Source of the DNA: Elusimicrobiota bacterium
Lineage (GTDB): Bacteria > Elusimicrobiota > UBA8919
Direction: 5' to 3'
Assembly (NCBI GenBank): GCA_028718185.1
Contig: JAQUMH010000002.1
Location: forward strand, 4,088-68,087
DNA length: 64,000 nt
Part shown: piece by piece, positions 9,537 to 18,293 of the stretch
Layout of the letters: the number at the start of each line of letters is the position of its first letter
Position numbering within the stretch: the stretch's first letter is position 1
Notes under the pieces: model-generated
Seen by the model: the letters and a program-made list of their open reading frames with translations, nothing else
What the model was told of the DNA's origin: nothing
The model's database searches: none
Made by a program: the position numbers and the translations under genes

Positions 9537-10670
9537 TTATTTTACAAGACTCTCATAGAGTTTTTTTGTTTTTTGAGCAATATATTCCCAGGAAAAATAT
9601 TTTTCAACACGTGCTCGCCCGTTTTCGCTGAATTTATTTCTTAATTTTTCATCTTTTAAAAGTCTATTAACAGCATCCGCTATTTGTTTTGAATTTTTCG
9701 GCTCGACCAGAATACCTGTTTCCTCCGGCATAACAACTTCTAAAATCCCGCCTGTTGCAGCAGCGACTACAGGTGTTTTACATGCCATAGCTTCAAGATT
9801 AATTATTCCAAACGGCTCATAAATTGAAGGACAAACAAAAACTTTTGCTGAACTATATAACTGAATATATTCTTCTTCTTTAAGTAATTTATGAATCCAA
9901 ACAATATTCTTTTTCTTTTCAACTTTTTTCGTCATTTGTTCTTCATAATCCTTAGTATCAGCACCATAAGCACCGAAAACAATCTGGACGGGAATGTCGT
10001 CGGCAGCATCAATTAAATATTCCATTCCTTTCTGAGGCGTAGGCCTGCCTACAAAAAGTATATAATCATCTGCTATACCATATTCTTTTTTCAATGACGG
10101 GCTCAAAGGTGTATATTTCCACTTATTCAAGTCAACCCCGTTATGAATAACCTCAATCTTGTCAGGAGAAATAGTAAAATACTTAAGTATATCCTGTTTC
10201 ATTAAACCTGAAACACCAATAATTTTATCTGCTGATTCTATACATATTTTTTCAATCCAGGCACTCAATTGATATCCTCTGCCTAACTGGTCTTCTTTCC
10301 AAGGCCTAAGGGGCTCTAACGAATGACAGGTTGCAACGAACGGAATGTTATATAATATTTTGGCAAGAAGTCCGCCAAAATGCCCATACCATGTATGTGT
10401 ATGAACAACATCGGAATTAATATCCTCTAAAACGGAAATAAGATTTGTAGACATTGTTTCAAGAGTAGGTGAGAACTTTTTACCTTTTAATTTTTCCCAA
10501 CCCTTATAGCCGATTGCTTTCAGTGTTTTTTCATCAATTTTCTGGTCTCCAAAACACCTTACTTCAACTTCCATTATTTTTGAAAGTTCCTGTGCCAAAT
10601 ACCTTAAGTGAACTCCTGCCCCTCCATAAACATATGGAGGATACTCTTTTGCCATCATTGTTACTTTCAT
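9537..10670 (-). CDS. glgM: GT4 alpha-glucosyltransferase of the actinobacterial GlgA/GlgM type (candidate maltose-1-phosphate synthase)
   Basis: 377 aa. The N-terminus is EYPPYVYGGAGVHLRYLAQEL and the C-terminus is a GT4 motif (EPFGIINLEAMACKTPVVA). It is adjacent to glgE. The symbol is inferred from family plus context, not shown. Confidence 0.6.
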   Translation of the reverse strand: MKVTMMAKEYPPYVYGGAGVHLRYLAQELSKIMEVEVRCFGDQKIDEKTLKAIGYKGWEKLKGKKFSPTLETMSTNLISVLEDINSDVVHTHTWYGHFGGLLAKILYNIPFVATCHSLEPLRPWKEDQLGRGYQLSAWIEKICIESADKIIGVSGLMKQDILKYFTISPDKIEVIHNGVDLNKWKYTPLSPSLKKEYGIADDYILFVGRPTPQKGMEYLIDAADDIPVQIVFGAYGADTKDYEEQMTKKVEKKKNIVWIHKLLKEEEYIQLYSSAKVFVCPSIYEPFGIINLEAMACKTPVVAAATGGILEVVMPEETGILVEPKNSKQIADAVNRLLKDEKLRNKFSENGRARVEKYFSWEYIAQKTKKLYESLVK

Positions 10671-10759
10671 TATTATACGCTCCTATTTTAATCAAGATAT
10701 AACTATTTTAATGAATTAAACAAAAAATATTTTTTTATCTTCAAAAAACATCATAATTC

Positions 10760-10811
10760 ACCCCTCATCTTTCATCTTCTCCCCTGTGGGGAGAAGAAAG
10801 AGTTGAGGGGT
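10760..10811. repeat. 52-nt GC-rich imperfect palindrome (ACCCCTCATCTTTCATCTTCTCCCC tgt GGGGAGAAGAAAGAGTTGAGGGGT) just after the glgE stop
   Basis: Read directly. The arms are about 24 nt. On the minus strand the nearest T-run starts about 11 nt after the stem, so terminator function is uncertain. Confidence 0.6.
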
Positions 10812-10832
10812 ATGATTTTTTTATGTTTTGAA

Positions 10833-12737
10833 TTAATGTCCAGGTGCTGTTATATAAGCATGAATAATTGACTGGAACTCATATTTTCTTGCTTCTATAT
10901 TTATCGTGTTAGCATAATTTTCATCAAAAGTTTCACCGGTATAAACTCGCCATAAAATTTCGTTATTAAAAAATTCTGCTAATTCTCTTCTCGCATAGAC
11001 ATCATTGTGTTTTGTAACCTTTTCCCGTAACTCAAAGAATTTTTTTGAATGTTGTACTGCAAGTTCGTTTTGAGGTTCATTTTTTGTGGCGCGCCAAGGG
11101 CGCGCTACTACACGAAATATATAAACAGGTTCTTTGTGGGGTTCAAGACGAACATAATTTTCTCTGCCATGCCATACATACTTCTTACCGGTAATCAATT
11201 CTTCTACAATATAATCCGTATCTGATGAAATACCAAACTCTTCAACAGGTACGGTCACTCTTGCATTCTGAATTTCAAAAGGATTAACATTTACCGCAAT
11301 TAGAATTATATTGTCTCCATATTTTTTTCCATAGAAAAATATATTGTCATTAATGGAATTGTAAATTCTTAAATTATCGTATTGTTGCAATGCAGGATTA
11401 GAGTTCCGTATTTCGTTGATTTTAGCTATATAATCTTTTATGTTTCCCTGTTTATTCCAATCCCAAACCTTATACTGGTATTTTTCCGAGTCGGCATAAG
11501 TTTCGGTTCTGGGAAAAGCATTTCCATCGCAAAGTTCATAACCGCTATAAATACCATACACTGAAGAAAGCGTGGAAGCGAGCGCGACTCTCATTTTGAA
11601 AGCAGGCTGTCCTCCCGACTGAATTATCGGCGGGCATATATCAGGAGTGTTGGTAAAATAATTTGCCCGTAAAAAATCCTTTAAATAAAAATTTGTTAAT
11701 TTTAAGACATATTCTATCAATTCATTTTTCCCGTTCCGCCAGGTAAAATATGTGTATGATTGTGAAAAACCTACTTTTGCAAGTTCTTCAAGCTTCTCAT
11801 AATTTGTGAATGCTTCCGCTAAAAATACGGTATCAGGATATTCTTTTTTTATATCACGTATGACCCACCCCCAAAACTCTGTCGGCTTTGTATGAGGATT
11901 ATCAACACGAAAATGGGTGACACCCTGTTTCCTCCAAAACACAAAAATTGATTTCATCTCCTGCCACATCATATCTTTGTTCGGCGGATAAAAATTTAAC
12001 GGATATATATCTTCATATTTTTTTGGCGGGTTTTCAGCATAGGCGATTGTTCCATCAGGTCTTTTGTGAAACCACTCAGGATGTTCTTTAACATATGGGT
12101 GGTCGGGAGAACACTGTAACGCAATATCAAGTGCGATTTCAATCCCAACTTTATTGGCTTCCTTTACGAAATGTTTAAAATCCTCAACTGTTCCAAGTTC
12201 CGGCTCCACAGACTTGTGACCACCCTGCTCGTTACCAATAGCCCACGGGCAACCGGGATCATTTGGTCCGGCATTTAACGAATTATTAGGTCCTTTGCGA
12301 TGAGACCTGCCTATAGGGTGAATAGGCGGTAAATATATAACGTCAAATCCCATTTTTTTGATATCAGTTAACCGATTTTCGCAGTCAGTGAATGTCGCAC
12401 TTTTCCCGGGTTGAATACCTTGTGAACGTGGAAACATTTCATACCAAGCTGCAAAACGTGCGTATTTTTTTTCAACCATAACTTCTAATATTTTACTGTA
12501 ACCGGCAATTGTATATTGATAAAAACCCGGTGTTATCGGAGTAAATGATGCAGTATATTTTACACCCTCTTTAAGCATTAAAATCTCTTTCCATTTTTTT
12601 TCTGATATTCTTTTGTATCTTAAAACAGGATGCTCATCGCCTTCAATTTCACAAGAAACAATAAACCCCCTGTCAACCTCAGTTTTAACAGGATACAACC
12701 CACCTTCTATTTCCGGATACACATTTTTAATAATCAT
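10833..12737 (-). CDS. glgE: Alpha-1,4-glucan:maltose-1-phosphate maltosyltransferase GlgE with an unusual ~95-aa C-terminal tail
   Basis: 634 aa. The N-terminus NVYPEIEGGLYPVK has the DUF3416-type start. The GH13 core includes FDVIYLPPIHPIG, HFRVDNPHTKP and FLAEAF. Confidence 0.85.
   Translation of the reverse strand: MIIKNVYPEIEGGLYPVKTEVDRGFIVSCEIEGDEHPVLRYKRISEKKWKEILMLKEGVKYTASFTPITPGFYQYTIAGYSKILEVMVEKKYARFAAWYEMFPRSQGIQPGKSATFTDCENRLTDIKKMGFDVIYLPPIHPIGRSHRKGPNNSLNAGPNDPGCPWAIGNEQGGHKSVEPELGTVEDFKHFVKEANKVGIEIALDIALQCSPDHPYVKEHPEWFHKRPDGTIAYAENPPKKYEDIYPLNFYPPNKDMMWQEMKSIFVFWRKQGVTHFRVDNPHTKPTEFWGWVIRDIKKEYPDTVFLAEAFTNYEKLEELAKVGFSQSYTYFTWRNGKNELIEYVLKLTNFYLKDFLRANYFTNTPDICPPIIQSGGQPAFKMRVALASTLSSVYGIYSGYELCDGNAFPRTETYADSEKYQYKVWDWNKQGNIKDYIAKINEIRNSNPALQQYDNLRIYNSINDNIFFYGKKYGDNIILIAVNVNPFEIQNARVTVPVEEFGISSDTDYIVEELITGKKYVWHGRENYVRLEPHKEPVYIFRVVARPWRATKNEPQNELAVQHSKKFFELREKVTKHNDVYARRELAEFFNNEILWRVYTGETFDENYANTINIEARKYEFQSIIHAYITAPGH
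11087..11112. repeat. Palindromic module (GTGGCGCGCCAAGGGCGCGCTACTACA) inside the glgE reading frame
   Basis: It has the same architecture (GC stem, CCAAGG loop, then ACTACA) as the intergenic copies at 19385-19407 and 44011-44035. It is translated as VVARPWRAT. Confidence 0.75.
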
Positions 12738-12796
12738 AAATATAAACCTCTTAACATTGCATTAATATCGCAAGTAAGCAAGAAATTTTCGCACAA

Positions 12797-12920
12797 CCTA
12801 ATCACAGAGCGAGGGAGTTGTTGAGCAGAACTTCACGGAGTTCCGCTTAAAACATTCAGCGGAACGAGTGAGAGTGCCAGCACAAGCTGGACACGGTTCT
12901 GCGAAACAAGCTCCCGAGCG
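12797..12920. repeat. Conserved ~125-nt structured element, copy R1 (three-helix design)
   Basis: The 63-nt stretch 12816-12878 is identical to 42799-42861. A long-range helix pairs GCAGAAC (12824-12830) with GTTCTGC (12896-12902). There is an internal hairpin GTTCCGCT/AGCGGAAC and a second hairpin CCAGC/GCTGG. Confidence 0.75.
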
Positions 12921-12953
12921 CAAATCAAGAAAATTTGCTTGCGAACGTTTTTT

Positions 12954-13952
12954 TTAAGTTTCTCTCAAAAATTTTGCTGCTTCTTCCGGCGGTGTCGGAT
13001 TTATATAAAAACCTGTTCCCCATTCAAATCCGGCAACTTTTGTTAATCGCGGCATCATCTCTAAATGCCAGTGATAGTATAGCGATTTTCCGCTACGGCA
13101 AGGTGAATTATGTATGACAAAATTATAAGGCGGGTCTTCTAACGTTCTGTTCATTCGCCCATTAATATCCCTTAAAATCATAGCAAGATTTACAACTTCG
13201 TGTTTTTGCAAATCCTCAAATACTGATGAATGAACTTTTGGAAGTATCCATGTTTCAAAAGGAAATCTTGACGCAAAAGGTGTAATACAAATAAAATCTG
13301 CGTTTTCAGATACAATTCTTACATTTGCTTCTGTCTCTTCCCTTATAATATCACAAAAAACACATCTTTCTTTATATTCATAATAGTTTCTGCTACCCAC
13401 CAATTCCTGCTTAACTCTTACCGGAACAGTCGGCATAGCAATAATCTGTGAATGTGGATGCACAAGCGAAGCACCGGCAGCAGCCCCGTGATTTTTAAAA
13501 ACTAAAATATACTCAAAACGTATGTCTTTTTTCAAATCAAGTGTCCTGTCACGCCATGCCCATATAATTTCTTCAACATCCTTATTTTCTATATCTGAAA
13601 ATGCGGCATTATGTTTAGGTGTTTCTATAACAACTTCATGAGCACCTATCCCATCCATAAAATCAAACATACCCTCACCGCGCCTGCCAAGATTTCCTTC
13701 TACCCTTAAAACAGGATATTTATTAGGAACAACCCTGACCCACCAGCCCTTTTCGTCTTTTCTGGTCCCGGGTTCTCTAAAAGATAAAATTTCGGGAGGT
13801 GTTTTACTCTCATTCCCCAAACAAAAAGGACACCCGCCGTTACTAGTCAAAGAATCTTCGTGAATTTTTTCAACATCCGGCTGAACTTTTCCCCGTTCAG
13901 TTGTAATAATTACCCACCTGCCAATAACCGGGTCTCTTCTTAATTCAGGCAT
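12954..13952 (-). CDS. GalT-family hexose-1-phosphate nucleotidyltransferase (galactose-1-phosphate uridylyltransferase-like)
   Basis: 332 aa. It has the N-terminal RRDPVIGRWVII, the zinc knuckle CPFCLGNE and the active-site motif HPHSQI. Confidence 0.75.
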   Translation of the reverse strand: MPELRRDPVIGRWVIITTERGKVQPDVEKIHEDSLTSNGGCPFCLGNESKTPPEILSFREPGTRKDEKGWWVRVVPNKYPVLRVEGNLGRRGEGMFDFMDGIGAHEVVIETPKHNAAFSDIENKDVEEIIWAWRDRTLDLKKDIRFEYILVFKNHGAAAGASLVHPHSQIIAMPTVPVRVKQELVGSRNYYEYKERCVFCDIIREETEANVRIVSENADFICITPFASRFPFETWILPKVHSSVFEDLQKHEVVNLAMILRDINGRMNRTLEDPPYNFVIHNSPCRSGKSLYYHWHLEMMPRLTKVAGFEWGTGFYINPTPPEEAAKFLRET

Positions 13953-13994
13953 CTTTTTCTCCTATTGTAATTGTTAAAAATCAAACAATTCTAA

Positions 13995-14046
13995 TCTGTG
14001 TAATCTCACTTTTAACCTGCCTACCGTCAGGCAGGTCTGTGTAATC
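13995..14046. repeat. 30-nt hairpin module (contains CCTGCCTACCGTCAGGCAGG) flanked by an 11-bp direct repeat TCTGTGTAATC
   Basis: TCTGTGTAATC occurs at 13995-14005 and again at 14036-14046. The hairpin is at 14017-14036. All read directly. Confidence 0.7.
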
Positions 14047-14063
14047 ATAGTTTTTGTGTCTCT

Positions 14064-14996
14064 TCAACAAAAACTAAGTTTTCCAGGGGTTGAATATTTA
14101 CAAAACCCGCAGTTTTCCAAATACTTCATTGAATTTTTCAGCTCGCCTTTTGTTGCTGTTGAATATACTTCAGCAACAAGAATTGTTTCTTTTTGTATAA
14201 ATTCTGATATTTCATTAAAATTAACTTCTCCGGTTCCCGGCGCTTTGTGGTCACGAACACCTGAAACATCATGCAAATGCATACCAATAAGCCGGCTAGA
14301 AAACATTCTTAGAAAATCAATGTGGTTTTTTACAATACCCTGCTTCTCGGCAACAACTGAATGTCCGACATCATACCACAAACCGAGATAATTCGTGTCA
14401 AACTTGCCGAGAATAACCGCATATTCCTCAAACGAAGGTATCTCATCCGCTATTAAACGATTTTCAATTCCTATTTTAACATTTTTTTTTACAGCATAAT
14501 TTAAAATTTCGTCAAGCGACTTCAAAACATTATCCAGGAATAATTTTGATTTTATCTTTCTTTCACGCAAAAACATTTTCAACGTTTTACTATATTCACC
14601 GCTGCCTTTTGTATCTTTATATTTTTTTGCTAAAAGCCCCCCGGATAACTCCATTTCAACTTCACCTGAATGAACAACAACTGCATTTGCACCAGTATTA
14701 CAGGCAATATCTATCGTCTTTTTTGTAAGTTCTACTGCTTTATCCCTTTCTTCTTTGTTAATTGCAGAAATATGATATGCATTGCAAAGAACCCTATCTT
14801 TTGGAACAAAATCAAGCTTGGGACAAAAGTTATGCACTGAAACGACTTTTAGATTTCCAGTTATATAATTAATAAAATCTTCAGGAACTTCTACACTTAA
14901 TTCTACAGAACAAAACCCAAGCGACTTTATTTTATTAACGAGTAGTACCGGATCTTTATATTTTGAAATGTTATATACCGTTGAAAGAGCTATCAT
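14064..14996 (-). CDS. Sugar phosphate isomerase/epimerase family (xylose isomerase-like TIM barrel)
   Basis: 310 aa. The motifs VVVHSGE, IGIEN and GMHLHD fit the metal-binding pattern of the AP-endonuclease-2/XI-like TIM barrel fold. Confidence 0.6.
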   Translation of the reverse strand: MIALSTVYNISKYKDPVLLVNKIKSLGFCSVELSVEVPEDFINYITGNLKVVSVHNFCPKLDFVPKDRVLCNAYHISAINKEERDKAVELTKKTIDIACNTGANAVVVHSGEVEMELSGGLLAKKYKDTKGSGEYSKTLKMFLRERKIKSKLFLDNVLKSLDEILNYAVKKNVKIGIENRLIADEIPSFEEYAVILGKFDTNYLGLWYDVGHSVVAEKQGIVKNHIDFLRMFSSRLIGMHLHDVSGVRDHKAPGTGEVNFNEISEFIQKETILVAEVYSTATKGELKNSMKYLENCGFCKYSTPGKLSFC

Positions 14997-15028
14997 AATG
15001 TCTCAGGTTCTGAATTCTTTTCATGCCA

Positions 15029-17020
15029 CTATCTGCCTTCCTGCTGTTGTTTCTGATAAAGTTCTATTAACGGCTGAGAAACAATAGAAGGTGCTTCTTC
15101 ATAGTGTGAAAACTTCATTTTAAAACTCCCGGCACCCTTTGTAATTGAACGCAAATCCGTAGCATAACTTGAAACTTCCGATAACGGGGCAGTTGCTATT
15201 ACTTTCTGTTTTTTACCAAGTCTATCCATACCCATAACCCTTCCTCTTCTTGCATTTAAATCACCCATAACTGCACCCATATAGTCATCAGGAATTACAA
15301 CCTCTAATTCAGCAATCGGCTCTAAAATAACAGGTTTTGCTTCCGTTACACCCTTTTTAAGCGCCATACTTCCGGCAATTTTAAAAGCCATATCTGACGA
15401 GTCAACTTCATGATAACTGCCATCGTACAACGTGACACGCATGTCGGTTACAGGATAACCGGCAACAACTCCCTGCTCCATCGATTCTTTTACGCCTTTT
15501 TCAACTGCCGGAATATAATTTCTGGGTATTCTGCCTTCACGAATGGCATTTACAAATTCAAATCCTTTTCCCCTTTCCATCGCCTCAACCTTAAGCCAGC
15601 AATCACCATATTGTCCCCGCCCGCCTGTTTGCCTTTTATATTTCCCCTGGACTTCTTTAGTCCCTTTAATTGTTTCTCTATAAGCAACTCTGGGCGGTTT
15701 AAGTTCAACATCTATTCCATATCTTTCTTTTACCCGTGCAATTGCAATTTCTATATGAAGTGCTCCCAACCCGGATAGAATCAATTCTTTAGTCTCTTTG
15801 TTATAGTATGACTTGATTGTAGGATCTTCACGCATCATTGATTGAAGTGCTGATGCAACTTTTTCTTCTTCACCTTTTGATTTAGGGAATACTGCTTTAC
15901 TGATACTCGGTTCCGGAAAAATTATAGTTTTAATCTTACTTATAGCCGATTCAGTCGCAGCAGTTACTGTTGCACGCGACTCATCACAAAGAATATCGTT
16001 TGTCTGAGTTTCCTTCAACTTTACCGAAACTATTATATCACCGGCTTCTGCTTCTGATATTTCCGTTTTCTTCTTACCCAACAATGTACATAACGTTCCC
16101 AATCTTTCTGTAGTACGGCGGTTGGCATTTTTAAGGTCCTGACCTTGTACAACTTTCCCCGAATATATTCTAAGGAAAGAAAGACTTCCCGTCTGCGGTT
16201 CAATAACACTTTTAAAAACTAGTGCTAACGCCTTGTCATAACCGGATATAATTTCCCCCTGCGGTAAAAAATCAGTTATGAAATTTGCAATCAAATCACA
16301 ACCAACATTTTTAGTTGCACTCCCGCACAAAACAGGAATTACAGTCTTTGCCTTAATACCTTTTTTTAGTCCTGAAAACAATTCATCTTTTGAAATTTCT
16401 TTACCTTCAAGGTATTTTTCAATAAGAACATCATCACTGGAAGATACAGCTTCAACATATTTTTCTTTATAGCTGTTAAATTCAGCAGGAACCGTATCGC
16501 TAATCAAAGAAATTACCTTAGAAAAACTTGAACTGGTACCATCCGGTAAAAAAACAGGTATTGTTAAGCCACTAAATTCTTTTAACTGTTTTACAGTCTT
16601 TGCAAAATCCACATTTTCTTTGTCCAATTTATTAATAAAAATTACTTTGGGTTTGTCGCAATTTTCCCAGAGATATTCAAATGTTGCATCAATATCTGTC
16701 GCGGCATCTAATACAAAAATTACCGAATCCGCTACACTAATAGCAGAAATCGCCTCACCGATAAAGTCAGAGTATCCCGGTGTATCCAGAATATTTATTT
16801 TTACACCGTTATTCTCAAACGACATTAGTGAAGTATAAATAGAGGATATTCTTGAAATTTCGTCAGGATTATAATCACTTGTAGTATTTCCTTCCTCCAC
16901 TTTCCCCAACCGGTTCGTTATCTTGGCATTAAACAAAATCGCCTCAACTAAAGATGTTTTTCCCGCTCCGCCGCTTCCTACAATCGCCACGTTCCTGATT
17001 TTTTCTTTAGCATAATTCAT
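15029..17020 (-). CDS. Elongation factor G family GTPase (short EF-G paralog)
   Basis: 663 aa. G1 is GSGGAGKTS, G3 is DTPGYSDF and NKLD is present. The C-terminal EF-G domains IV/V include GAGSFKMKFSHYEE. Confidence 0.85.
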   Translation of the reverse strand: MNYAKEKIRNVAIVGSGGAGKTSLVEAILFNAKITNRLGKVEEGNTTSDYNPDEISRISSIYTSLMSFENNGVKINILDTPGYSDFIGEAISAISVADSVIFVLDAATDIDATFEYLWENCDKPKVIFINKLDKENVDFAKTVKQLKEFSGLTIPVFLPDGTSSSFSKVISLISDTVPAEFNSYKEKYVEAVSSSDDVLIEKYLEGKEISKDELFSGLKKGIKAKTVIPVLCGSATKNVGCDLIANFITDFLPQGEIISGYDKALALVFKSVIEPQTGSLSFLRIYSGKVVQGQDLKNANRRTTERLGTLCTLLGKKKTEISEAEAGDIIVSVKLKETQTNDILCDESRATVTAATESAISKIKTIIFPEPSISKAVFPKSKGEEEKVASALQSMMREDPTIKSYYNKETKELILSGLGALHIEIAIARVKERYGIDVELKPPRVAYRETIKGTKEVQGKYKRQTGGRGQYGDCWLKVEAMERGKGFEFVNAIREGRIPRNYIPAVEKGVKESMEQGVVAGYPVTDMRVTLYDGSYHEVDSSDMAFKIAGSMALKKGVTEAKPVILEPIAELEVVIPDDYMGAVMGDLNARRGRVMGMDRLGKKQKVIATAPLSEVSSYATDLRSITKGAGSFKMKFSHYEEAPSIVSQPLIELYQKQQQEGR

Positions 17021-17544
17021 TTTTGCTCCTCTTCAACATTTAGTTCTTCAAGAGACGGAAGTTCTTCTGTTGATTTTAAACCAAAATAAATTAAAAATTG
17101 TTGGGTTGTCCCATATAGAAATGGAGTCCCTATTGTGTCCTTCTTACCGCTGATTCTAGCAAGATTTTTCTCGACAAGACTTTTTAAAACAGCACTTACT
17201 TCAACTCCCCGTATCTGTTCTATTTCCGCGCGTGTAATCGGCTGTCTATAAGCAACAATTGCAAGTGTTTCAAGTGCTGATGTAGAAAGCTTTAAGGTTA
17301 TCTCTTCTTTGTAAAGTTTTCTTATAGAAGGTGCATATTCTCTTTTAGTCGAAAATTGCCATCCTCCCGCTATTTCCACTATATAGAAAGGTGATTGCCT
17401 GGATTCATACTCTTCGGATAGCTCCTGAATTGTTTTTTTTATTTCGTCTTCAGATTTTACACCTGTTATTGAAGCAATCGTTTCAATTTTCATCGGTCCC
17501 TGTGACACAAACAAAAGCACTTCTATTGTTTTTTTTAGTTCCAT
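17017..17544 (-). CDS. scpB: Segregation and condensation protein B
   Basis: 175 aa. Motifs EVLLFVSQGPM, LETLAIVAYRQPITRAEIEQIRGV and TPFLYGTTQQFL. It overlaps the EF-G paralog gene by 4 nt. Confidence 0.85.
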   Translation of the reverse strand: MELKKTIEVLLFVSQGPMKIETIASITGVKSEDEIKKTIQELSEEYESRQSPFYIVEIAGGWQFSTKREYAPSIRKLYKEEITLKLSTSALETLAIVAYRQPITRAEIEQIRGVEVSAVLKSLVEKNLARISGKKDTIGTPFLYGTTQQFLIYFGLKSTEELPSLEELNVEEEQK

Positions 17545-17567
17545 ATTGAGATTTTTTTCAACTCCAT

Positions 17568-18293
17568 TTATAATTTTTGTGAATCACTTTGCTCGTTAAC
17601 CTTCCGATAAACCCTGATTTCGCTAAAATGATTATTCTGCCTTACATATAACTGCCCGATTTTTATCAACTCAAGCATTGCTAAAAATGTAACTATGATA
17701 GATACACGGGTTTCATCCTTTGCAAAAAGCGAATAGAACGAAACAAAACTTTTACCCTCTAAAAGTGAAAGTATCACTCTTATCTTTTGCTCAATCGTAT
17801 ATTCATCCTTTATTATTTCTTTTGATGATTTTTTTGCTTTTGCCAAAACACTTTTAAAAGCATCTATTAAATCAAAGAGCGTTACCTCTACACCGAAATC
17901 CTCATCAATAAATTCAGGCGTCACCTTGCGATAAAAAGAATCCTTTTGATTTTCAAGATTATTTCGAAGCTTATTTGCCGCTTCTTTATATTTTTTATAT
18001 TCCAACAAACGTTTAACAAGTTCATCACGCGGGTCATTGAATTCATCTTCCTCTTCATCGTCATGCGTTGGTAAAAGCATTTTTGATTTTATCCTCATAA
18101 GTGTTGAAGCCATAATCAAAAAATCGCCAACGCTATCCAGGTTTAATTGTTTTATGATATCCAAGTATAAAATATATTCGGATGTAATTTTAGATATCGG
18201 AATATCGTAGATATCTAAATTATCCTTTTGTATAAGGTGAAGCAGAAGGTCCATCGGTCCTTCGAAAATTTCTAATTTTATTCCATATTCCAT
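17568..18293 (-). CDS. scpA: Segregation and condensation protein A
   Basis: 241 aa. Motifs FEGPMDLLLHLIQK and VTFLAMLEL. It lies adjacent to scpB. Confidence 0.85.
   Translation of the reverse strand: MEYGIKLEIFEGPMDLLLHLIQKDNLDIYDIPISKITSEYILYLDIIKQLNLDSVGDFLIMASTLMRIKSKMLLPTHDDEEEDEFNDPRDELVKRLLEYKKYKEAANKLRNNLENQKDSFYRKVTPEFIDEDFGVEVTLFDLIDAFKSVLAKAKKSSKEIIKDEYTIEQKIRVILSLLEGKSFVSFYSLFAKDETRVSIIVTFLAMLELIKIGQLYVRQNNHFSEIRVYRKVNEQSDSQKL

Noticed and set aside
10760-10811. An intrinsic terminator after glgE
   Set aside because: The stem is long and GC-rich, but the U-run on the transcribed strand begins ~11 nt after the stem instead of abutting it. The next gene (glgM-like) is functionally linked, so it is kept as a palindromic repeat only.
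12797-12920. Self-cleaving ribozyme (hammerhead-type three-way junction) as the identity of R1/R2
   Set aside because: The three-helix layout prompted the idea. However, neither strand contains the CUGAUGA...GAAA hammerhead core, and I cannot recognise twister, pistol or hatchet cores. It is left as an unclassified structured element.
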